DNA of 27,741 nucleotides from Macrostomum lignano (lineage: Eukaryota). The notes beneath the pieces were generated by a model. That model saw nothing but the letters and a program-made list of their open reading frames with translations. It had not been told where the DNA came from and ran no database searches. The stretch spans positions 1 to 27,741 of the forward strand of contig NIVC01004435.1 of the NCBI GenBank assembly GCA_002269645.1, given 5' to 3'. Shown here one piece after another: positions 1 through 9,800 of this stretch. Position 1 is the first letter of the stretch, and the number at the start of each line of letters is the position of its first letter. The translations under genes and the position numbers were made by a program.

Positions 1-41
1 GTTTTTGCGATTTTTGGCTAGCCCAACTTACTCTGGGTACT

Positions 42-1034
42 ATGAGTTTGCGTAGGATGACTGTAAATCAGCTACGTGAGAATTGAGATATAGGGGCCTG
101 AGCACGCACGGCTACAAGAAAGACCTGGTCAGCAGACTCTCCACTGCGATGAACCAGAGCGAAGCAGCTAGTCGGCGGGAACAAGCGGCGTCAAACTCCG
201 CGGAGACCGACAGCGAAGGTCGGCGGCAGCAGCAGCAACAACGGCTGGAGGCAGGGGAGGCGCTGGACCTAGTAGAGCTCCGGCGGAAGATAGCTAGCCT
301 GGAATCGGAGACGGCAGCAATGCACCAGCAGCTGGAAGGCCGATTTAGACCAGGTGAGGTGGACCAACAGCTTCTTAATGAGCCCTCTGATTGTAGTAGC
401 GACATGAATATCCCGAGTATGCTCAGAGGTCCCGGGTTCGAGACCAGGCTCGAGCCCTCAGTAGCTCAACTAGGGCTACGGGCGGCACCACTCGTCGTTG
501 CGGATTTCTGCGGTTGCGACTCTCGGACGGCGTCGGCGAGTCGTAGGGAAAAGGTGCTGCATCCAACCGCCAATCAGCCTAAAACCGAATCGCTGCAGGA
601 ATCGGTCAGTGGATAGTCGGCAACGCGCGCATCCTCGACGCCCTGATCTCTAGGGGACAGCTCGACCTGGAAGGCGTTCGGCAGTACTTGCAGTACAATG
701 TGCAGATCGGTGAGCTGGTCGAGGCAGGTTACGACACCACCAGGATCATGTGGTTCGACGACGCATTTAGAAGAGAGCAGCAGGCGGGCATGCAAGACTG
801 GGCGCGACCGAGTTTCTCGCTGGTGGCACGGCACCTCATCGCCCGCAGCAGATTCCACAACATGCCCGTTCTCGCATGGACAGGAAGATTCCGGTGATCC
901 AAGGAGCGCCCGTCTGCCTCAAGTTCAACACCCGTGGTGGCTGCAAGTTCCAGAATTGCAAGTACACTCATGCGTGCCGGGTCTGCTTGCGCTCGGACCA
1001 CGGCGAGACGCAACACGCGGCAAAAAACGAATAG
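42..1034 (+). pseudogene. Gag-like ORF1 of the YR retrotransposon, broken by three -1 frameshifts (near 80, 590 and 845)
   Basis: Joined translation: MSLRRMTVNQLRE/ELRYRGLSTHGYKKDLVSRL (SAP-like), a coiled coil, PLVVADF, IGQWIVGNARILDALI..YLQYNVQIGELVEAGYDTTRIMWFDDAFRREQQ..W, then CLKFNTRGGCKFQNCKYTHACRVCLRSDHGETQH, ending in TAG at 1032-1034. Confidence 0.8.
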
Positions 1035-2392
1035 CCGCGGCTCCAGTGGCCCCGGCAAGCTGGCAGCCGCAAATTTTAATCCCAAGTTTTTACTCCATTC
1101 GCGACATCAATTTCAATCCGAGTGGCTCCCTTGACGCAAATGCCTGGGCGAAGGAGCTGGGCGGCGACCCCGACGGGCCTTTTTTAATTGACGGAATGAT
1201 GCGCGGGTTCACCTGCGTTGGCTACCTCGACGACTTCGCGGTGGCCGGGAGCACCTACGAGGCCTGTGTCGAGGCTTACGAGAGCTTGAGGAGCCTGGCG
1301 ACGAGCCTCGGTTTCACCATCAACGAAAATAAGTCTAGCGGGCCGTCGCGGCGCACGGTTTTCCTGGGCGTCCTGATTGACACAGAGTCGGGGATGCTGA
1401 GCATCCCACCGGCCAAGCTCAGTGCACTCGAAGACGCACTTGGGAGCTGCTTGCATCGACGCGGTGCCATCAGCAAGCGCGACCTTCAGCGGATCTGCGG
1501 CAAGCTGTCCTGGGTGAGCAGCGTGACCAGGAAAGGCCGAGCTTCCATCCGCCCTCTACTGATGCTGGCGAGCCGGGCGACTAGACCTGGTGACAAGCTG
1601 CGGCTGATCCCGCACCTCACTGAGCTGCTGCACTGGTGGAGGAGAAGCCTTCAGTCCGTTGGCTGCGCGCCCATCTGGCCTCGCTACGCTCGAAGGATCG
1701 TCATCGAGACTGACGCCTGCAACTCGGGTGGTGCCTGCATTGTTCGGGAGGCCAATAAATCCGACTGGCTCTACATCAACTGGAAGAACGACGCTGGTGG
1801 CCGTTTTGCTTCGGCCCACATCAACGTTAAGGAGACCATCACGCCTGTCCTCAGCATCCTTGCGGCCCCGGGCCGCTTCGCCGGTGCGGACATCGTCGTG
1901 TACAGCGACAGCTCGGCGGCTGTCGGTGCGCTGAACAAGCTCAGCTCGCCATGTAACGACGTCAACCGGCTACTGCACACGCTGTCGCTTGCCTGCGACG
2001 CGTGGGGTCTGTGGCTGCGGGCCTTTCACGTTCCAGGCGCCTTCCAGGTCCTGGCGGATCCGGCCTCTCGCCTTGCTTCTAGAAGCGGGGCGCAGAATTT
2101 CTTTCTCCGCTTCTACCGTAGCCTGCATGATTTAGCTGCTGAATCCTGCTGCATCTCGCGCCACGCGCTCTGCCCTGCCTCCGCCTCCCTTTTGCTTTTG
2201 CAGGTCCGGCGCCTCCTGCCTCCCGCCTACCCGGGCCGCTCCTTCGCTTTCTCGCCGACGCCTGGGCTCCTAGTACGAGGCATCGTACGCTTCAAACCTC
2301 GAACAGTGGCAGCGCTACTGCAACCTCGAAGGTGTTCAGCCACTAGCGGCGTCCCCGGTGCACTTGGTCGAGTATGTGCGACGCCTGGCTAA
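1022..2392 (+). pseudogene. Reverse transcriptase-RNase H ORF; RT motifs upstream of YLDD are absent
   Basis: Part of track ORF 698..2392: YLDDF (1223-1237), TINENKS, FLGVLIDT, LQRICGKLSW. RNase H motifs IETDACNSGG, HINVKE, YSDSSAAV and HVPGAFQVLADPASR are present. No motif-A Asp or LPFG-type motif precedes YLDD. Confidence 0.88.
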
Positions 2393-3157
2393 GCGCGGCG
2401 TGGCACCCGGTAGCCTCGGTGGACACCTGGCGGCCATCAGCTGGAGCTTCAAGCTGGCGCAACTCCCCGACATCACCAAGTCCGGCCTGATCGATCTGGC
2501 AGTTAAGAGCTCCAAACGGACAAGCCGCCATTCAGTCAAGCAGAAAGACCCCATCACCCCGGCGGTTCTGCTTTCACTGGCAAACCAGGTGAACCCAAGA
2601 GACCCTGAAGACGCCGCCTTTTGGGCCGCCGTGCTCTGCTGCTTCTGGGCGCTTCTCAGGAAAGCAAATGTCTGCGGGCGCCACTCCATTCTCGTCGGCG
2701 ACACTCAGGCCGATAGTCAGTGCTGGAGACTCCGAATTCGACAATCGAAGGCCAACCAATGCGGACAAGACTACCAGGAGGCCGGAAGCCACCCACTTTG
2801 TCCTGTCCAAGCCCTGCGGCGGCATTTTCAGACTAACAAGCTGCGGTCTGGCCGGCGTTCACTCGGCTGTTTTGCGTCCACATCGCCGGAAGCTGGTGCC
2901 CGATGTCATCGCGTCAATTCGACCGCCGCCTCGCTCAGGCTCTGACAGATGCGGGTTGGGCGGCGACAGCTTTCTCAGGCCACTCTCTACGACGGGGTGG
3001 CGCCTGTCTGGCGTTCGACAGCGGCCTCGACGTGGAGCAGATCAAGCGGCTGGGCGGCTGGCGCAGCGGCGCCGTTTCACGCTACCTGCCGCAGTCGGGA
3101 GGTTGCCTCCGCCTCCTGCGCCCAATGGTCAACCGTGTGCTGTCGGCACCTCTCTAG
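2204..3157 (+). pseudogene. Tyrosine recombinase of the retrotransposon, with two -1 frameshifts (near 2280 and 2855)
   Basis: N-terminal ADAWAPSTR/SYASNLEQWQRYC. Catalytic residues: R (LLRKAN, 2658), K (SKANQ), LCPV, HSLRRGGA (2981), GGWRS and Y (SRYL, 3083). Spread over three frames, including track ORFs 2358..2945 and 2903..3157. Confidence 0.9.
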
Positions 3158-4053
3158 CGCTCGCCTGACTCGCCCCGTCGCCGTGTACCCTACTCCTTGA
3201 TCCCTTTGTTCGGGTTTTTTGGGATGTTTTGCTCGTGCTATCCAATTGTTGCCTTTGTTCTCTCCGTTCCGCTAATTTGTTTTCTGTCTTTGATTCGCAA
3301 TGCGAGTTCAGATGGGCAGCTAAGCTGAAGATGAGGATTAAATTAGTTACAGTGGACCGAATGACCAATCAGTGCCCTAATCGATCGATCAATCATTTGA
3401 ATCAGAATTCAAGTCTTTCATGTACGTTAGTGCTGACTCGGGCATCAATGCGACTTATCTAATGGACGAGCTAAGAATTCACCAGCTCAGAGGGCTGACT
3501 GCTCTGCATCAGCGCTATTGGAGAGTTTGTAGTGAAATTTGTGGCCAGAAGCCTGCATATAGGAGTCTTATGATTTACGGTAACAGAACATTCAACTGAC
3601 CTAGTCTAGTGCATGGTCAATGCGATCCAGTCCCAGCAGCGTCCCATTTATCGGATATAATGATGACCTCGAGATTGAAAGAAAAAAGACACTGGTTTGC
3701 AGGTTATATGTAGTTCAGGTTCCATTCTAGTCGGAAACCCGATTTTGCGAGAGCTGGTTTGGTGAGCCAGTGCGCACGGGTTGGTGGCGTCGGATTAGCT
3801 GATTTCTGTCTTTTTGCCCAGCTCGTCTCTTCGCTGTCCTCTCTTAGCTATAGGACCAGCTGCTTGCCGCACGTATGTATGCTACCTTGGGACCGACCAT
3901 CTGACAGGAGCTGGAGGCAGGAGCACTAAATGTGATTGATTTCTATGCTTTGAGGCCCGACAATTGCCTCGGATCAAAGGAATTAAGAAGACCAAACCCA
4001 TCAGAATCTTCAACTAAACTCGATTGAAAGCAACAGAAGGAATTAATTGTCTT

Positions 4054-4810
4054 CCTCATCACATCAGAGATCCCATTCCCTAACCCTCATCACATCAGAG
4101 ATCCCATTCCCTAACCCTCATCACATCAGAGATCCCATTCCCTAACCCTCATCACATCAGAGATCCCATTCCCTAACCCTCATCACATCAGAGATCCCAT
4201 TCCCTAACCCTCATCACATCAGAGATCCCATTCCCTAACCCTCATCACATCAGAGATCCCATTCCCTAACCCTCATCACATCAGAGATCCCATTCCCTAA
4301 CCCTCATCACATCAGAGATCCCATTCCCTAACCCTCATCACATCAGAGATCCCATTCCCTAACCCTCATCACATCAGAGATCCCATTCCCTAACCCTCAT
4401 CACATCAGAGATCCCATTCCCTAACCCTCATCACATCAGAGATCCCATTCCCTAACCCTCATCACATCAGAGATCCCATTCCCTAACCCTCATCACATCA
4501 GAGATCCCATTCCCTTAACCCTCATCACCTTAGAGATCCCATTCCCTGACCCTCACCACCTTTGAGATCCCATCCCTGATCCTCATCACCTCAGAGATCC
4601 ATCACTGATCCTCATCACCTCAGAGATCCATCCCTGATTCTCATCACCTCAGAAATCCATCCCTGATCCTCATCACCTCAGAAATCCATCCCAGATTCTC
4701 ATCACCTCAGAAATCCATCCCAGATCCTCATCACCTCAGAAATCCATCCCTGATCCTCATTACCTCAGAAATCCATCCCTGATCCTCCTTACCTCAGAAA
4801 TCCATCCAGA
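4054..4810. repeat. 31-bp minisatellite (CCTCATCACATCAGAGATCCCATTCCCTAAC)n
   Basis: 14 perfect copies at 4054-4487, then progressively diverged and shortened units to about 4810. Confidence 0.97.
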
Positions 4811-6750
4811 GATCGGGGTGTGGGATCGAGCTAGGTCAGGATGGTGCAGGGAGATCAAGGATGTGGCATCAACATGCTGCATTGCGTTGTGAGATTTGGG
4901 CGTGGGATAAGGGTATGGCATAAGCCTGATGATATCAGGGTGGAATATCGGGTCAAATTATCGTTGCATATATTGGCACCTCTCAATACTGCCTGGAATG
5001 TACGTTGCTTTCAAGAATTAAGAACTTCATAGCGAACGGAGTGTTACCATATTATGTTCAATATTATTATCTAGCAACTATACTTATTGATAACTATAGA
5101 TTCAACCTACATGCGACATGTGACATGTTATTCAAAGCCATATTCAGCATTCACTGACTATATCAATAGCAAATACATGTAAATTAAGTTGAATAAATCA
5201 ATATATCGGATTTGTAGAGAAAGAACAAATTAATAATTGTAAATTAATAAACAGTATACAACGTACAATGCCTACTATTTGAAAGTCTTAGCTCGTACAT
5301 ACTGAATGTGCCTAATAAGGCTCAATCAATATAAAAATTAGAGAACTGCATGTACAATCCAGTTTTTCACATCTAAAATTAACCTTAACGATGGTTATTG
5401 CATCGATCATTATATATATTGTTAATAGGATCATAAGCATAATGCTTATCGAATTTATCTGTCTTATCAATAATAGTTTTCTTGAGAACGTAGCTTAATA
5501 TAATTGTATAATGTCGCCCTTTGAAGCACACTCCTACAGTATATTCTTATTGCGGAAATTCCATAGAAGCAATTGGGCTATACCTGCAGATTTCTATTTT
5601 TTATGACAAACAAATTAATGATAAACAACAGGTATGATACCATATTATTTTTTGCTGTTAAACAATTCGGGACAACATCACAATAAGATAGGAGATTGGT
5701 GTGACGCATGGGAGTGGTAGCACAAGACGCTATTAGACGATCTTCAGCACGTGGAAACAGTATGATTATGCTAATATTGATAACGTTATAGTACTTAATT
5801 TTTTAAGCTAAAAAAATATAATAAATATTATGTCAATTTTTAACATATTTCTACAGCTTCCCAACGTCCCTTTGCAATCTGCTTCATTTTTTTGTTCTGC
5901 CTTATAATTTTTTTAATCCCGGCGGAAACGTCCTCTACATTGCTGACTGCACACTTCTGCTTATTTCAAATACAACAATACGTGTCAAAAGTAAATCGAA
6001 GAACCTAGCGGACCAACGATTTTCTAAACAAAATTAGCTTAGTAGAATGGTATACTCAACCAAATGTGAAGTAGAACTTGCTTTTAGCAGTGAAAAAATC
6101 TAATTGCCACTTACGCAACTACGAGTAAATGCATTGGCGTAGATTCAACTTCTTACTTTTCAAGGAAGCGGGCATGAAAGTGGAGGAAATTTCCTTTTTC
6201 AATTGTTGGACGAATTTAATTGTATCGTACTAAGGACACTGAATTTATTGAATATAAGCCTGCAGAAACTGTGTTGTCATAAACTTTTAATTTTACACTT
6301 ATTTATATTATTTCAAATTATTGTTTATTACACTGATACACAGAGAACTTCAGCTTGCAATTTTAATAAATTAAAACAGATGTTCGCTTTTATTGATATG
6401 ATTTGATTTTAGCTGAAGCCTTTTTGTATTGCTTTTGACACCAATAATCATATTCTCAAATTTATAGACCTATCATTAACAATAATTTTATAGTTTGCTA
6501 ATTGCTATAGCAATGTGCAATGGAAAATTTGTATGCAATGCTAAAATAAAAGTAAGAATAGATGTTGCTCTGCAACTTTCCTTTGCAGACTTATTTATCA
6601 CCTATAAAATATTTTTGTTCTACATAACATGTTTTATTAATAAAAGTCCATGAAAAATGAAATAAGGTTAATTAATTTATTATATATTTCAGATTTATAA
6701 GTCAGTGCCAACAATAAAACAATATTTAGCTCAATTGTCAAGTACCACAG

Positions 6751-6870
6751 ATGGAACTCAGTGAAGAGAAAAAGGCCCTAGTAAAAGGGTGGATGCTCAA
6801 GTCACCGCCATTTGCTACTGAGTCATCTTCTAAGTTAATTACCTTCAGGCGACCTAAAGCTTTCAGGCCT
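6751..6870 (+). CDS. gab: GAB/DOS-like exon 1
   Basis: MELSEEKKALVKGWMLKSPP...AFRP, followed by donor GTAAGT at 6871. Confidence 0.9.
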
Positions 6871-9800
6871 GTAAGTTACAGTATTGTGCTTTATTTACTC
6901 TTGCTTTATCAACTCCACACCCCTAAACAGCTTCTCTCCATCTCAACAGCGCTGGCGCCGCCGCTTCTTTGTCCTGTACCGCATCAGCGGCAGCGCGAAC
7001 GGCATCAACCACTGCCTGCTGTACTACAAAAACAAGCAGCTGGCCAAGGTCAAGGGCTCCATAGACCTGGGCAAGGCCAAGGACATTGTCACTCATGTGA
7101 TGCCGCCTGACAGTATCTTGTCAGACATCCCCAGCCGGCTCACGAGGCACTTCAACAAGGCTGCGGACAGTCAGCTGCCATTCTTCCAGCTGGACACCAA
7201 GCACAAGTCGCACGACCGGACCTACTTCTTCCTGCCCGACAGCGTCTCCCAGATGGAGAACTGGGCGCGCAGCATCAGCCTGGCCTGCGGATTGGCCGAG
7301 GAGGTCGAGTCCAATGATGAGCAGGCCATGCGGCCGCAGCAGACCCAGCAGTTTCCTGTCGGCATCACGCTGATCCAACAGAGTTAGTTACGTTTAATAA
7401 TTCTCTTCATCAGTTTAACAGGTCTTTTATCAGCCCTAGGCTTGCCGATATGTTGGAAATCATCTTCAAAACAGGCATTTCCAAAGTGAGTGCCTGTCTG
7501 CGGCGCCAAAGTGAGTGCCTGTCTGCGGCGCCAAAGTGAGTGCTTGTCTGCGGCGCCAAAGTGAGTGCCTGTCTGCGGCGCCAAAGTGAGTGCCTGTCTG
7601 CGGCGCCAAAGTGAGTGCTTGTCTGCGGCGCCAAAGTGAGTGCCTGTCTGCGGCGCCAAAGTGAGTGCCTGTCTGCGGCGCCAAAGTGAGTGCTTGTCTG
7701 CGGCGCCAAAGTGAGTGCCTGTCTGCGGCGCCAAAGTGAGTGCCTGTCTGCGGCGCCAAAGTGAGTGCTTGTCTGCGGCGCCAAAGTGAGTGCCTGTCTG
7801 CGGCGCCAAAGTGAGTGCCTGTCTGCGGCGCCAAAGTGAGTGCTTGTCTGCGGCGCCAAAGTGAGTGCCTGTCTGCGGCGCCAAAGTGAGTGCCTGTCTG
7901 CGGCGCCAAAGTGAGTGCTTGTCTGCGGCGCCAAAGTGAGTGCCTGCGGCGCCAAAGTGAGTGCCTGTCTGTGGCGCCAAAGTGAGTGCCTGCGGCGCCA
8001 AAGTGAGTGCCTGTCTACGGCGCCAAAGTGAGTGCCTGTCTGCGGCGCCAAAGTGAGTGTCTGTCTGTGGCGCCAAAGTGAGTGCCTGTCTGCGGCGCCA
8101 AAGTGAGTGCCTGTCTGCGGCGCCAAAGTGAGTGCCTGTCTGTGGCGCCAAAGTGAGTGCCTGTCTGTGGCGCCAAAGTGAGTGCCTGTCTGCGGCGCCA
8201 AAATGAGTGCTTGTCTGTGGCGCCAAAGTGAGTGCTTGTCTGTGGCGCCAAAATGAGTGCTTGTCTGTGGCGCCAAAGTGAGTGCTTGTCTGCGGCGCCA
8301 AAATGAGTGCTTGTCTGTGGCGCCAAAGTGAGTGCTTGTCTGTGGCGCCAAAATGAGTGCTTGTCTGTGGCGCCAAAATGAGTGCCTGTCTGCGGCGCCA
8401 AAGTGAGTGCTTGTCTGCGGCGCCAAAGTGAGTGCCTGTCTTTGACGCCAAAGTGAATGTCTGTCTGCGGCGCTAAAATGAGTGCTAATAGCACCGATTC
8501 CCAAAATAATTTAGGAATTGTAAGATTCTTGGCTTCGTCCCCCACCACCATAAAATATGTGGCAAAAGCCTGGGCATTTCACTATATTGAGGCTAATCTG
8601 TCGCCGATATGTAGAGTGCTCACAATAATCGCCACTCATCCCCAGCCGGCCTGCTCAGCACCCAGCCAATGCTGCAGCGACCGCCGCCGCCACCGCCGCC
8701 GCGGTTGCAGCCGGCCGCGGTCGATGACGCGGACAGCGAGGCCTACAAATTGCCCGCCGAGCTGCAAGCAGATTTGGTTGCCGAGGGCGTCTACGGCGTG
8801 CCGGCCGAGGACCCCTCGGTCTACCGGGTGCCGTCTCCGGTGCCGGAGCTCGCCGCGGCCCGCGCCGATGACGTGTACGGCACGCCGCCGCCCATCTCGG
8901 CGGAGCAGCAGCAGCAGCTGCTTGAGCAGCAGGCCGAATCGTCTCCCACACCGCCGCCCAGGAAAAATGCCCTCAAGCAGCCCAGGGTGCCTCCGCCCGA
9001 ATCTGGTAAGGGCCTTGCGCTGCAGTGCCTTGTTACTGACGAGCTCCATATTCCTGCCAGGGAGTCCAATCCCACACACTGATCCCACACACTGATCCCA
9101 CACAATGATCCCACACAATGATCCCCCACCCCGATCCTTAGCTCAATCCCACACTCTGATCCCGCACTCTCATCTTGCACCGGGATCTAGCATCATGACC
9201 TCACACCCTGAATCCCGTACCTTGATCCCACGATCCCAATTCGAATTCCCACCCTTGCAATACTTTTCCCAGATTATGAACCGAAGGGTTCCGCTCCTTA
9301 GCTCCTTAACATGGTACATGGAATGAGCTGGTCCCATGAAACTTTCTCAGGCTAAACTGAAAAAGCCAATCTGTACTAATATTTATGCTTTCGTCATGTT
9401 TAGGTTTATACCGTATTCCAAACCTGTGCCAGGCATCAATTACCTGCTTATGCTGCTCTTGATAACAGCCCTCCGCTTGGAACATCGAAACCGCCACAGG
9501 CCTCAATTACAGCCTGATTATATTTAACTGATTTTACGAGCGTAGATTATTAGATCCCGATCCCAGATCCCGATCCCAGATCCCCCAGATCCCCCAGATC
9601 CCGATCCCAGATCCCGATCCCAGATCCCGATCCCAGATCCCGATCCCAGATCCCGATCCCAGATCCCGATCCCAGATCCCGATCCCAGATCCCGATCCCA
9701 GATCCCGATCCCAGATCCCGATCCCAGATCCCGATCCCAGATCCCGATCCCAGATCCCGATCCCAGATCCCGATCCCAGATCCCGATCCCAGATCCCGAT

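Larger units (their letters stand above)
1..3200 (+). mobile_element. Ngaro-like tyrosine-recombinase retrotransposon (DIRS order); defective copy, probably starting upstream of the window
   Basis: Order is gag (with zinc fingers), RT (YLDD) and RNase H, then an overlapping tyrosine recombinase. No methyltransferase is seen after RNase H, which fits Ngaro rather than DIRS1. Terminal or split direct repeats were not found in the window, so both boundaries are approximate. Confidence 0.9.

Noticed and set aside
698-1021. N-terminal ~108 aa of track ORF 698..2392 as part of the RT protein
   Set aside because: It starts at GTG and overlaps the real gag frames. It is better explained as an open alternative frame upstream of the frameshift site.
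2143-2250. A second -1 slippery site for RT-to-YR translation
   Set aside because: YR does lie in the -1 frame relative to RT, but I found no in-frame X-XXY-YYZ heptamer. The splice acceptor at 2203 fits better.
3158-4053. Split direct repeats or ICR of the Ngaro element
   Set aside because: No convincing match to the window start and no internal direct repeat was seen; the 5' repeat probably lies outside the window.
7486-8480. CRISPR-like appearance of 25-31 bp repeats (also 4054-4500)
   Set aside because: Units are head-to-tail with no unique spacers, the context is eukaryotic and there are no cas genes.
7384-8551. Minus-strand ORFs of 147-364 aa (ALTLAPQTGTHFGAADRHSLWRRRQ)n
   Set aside because: Artefacts of the 25-bp array, open in several frames.
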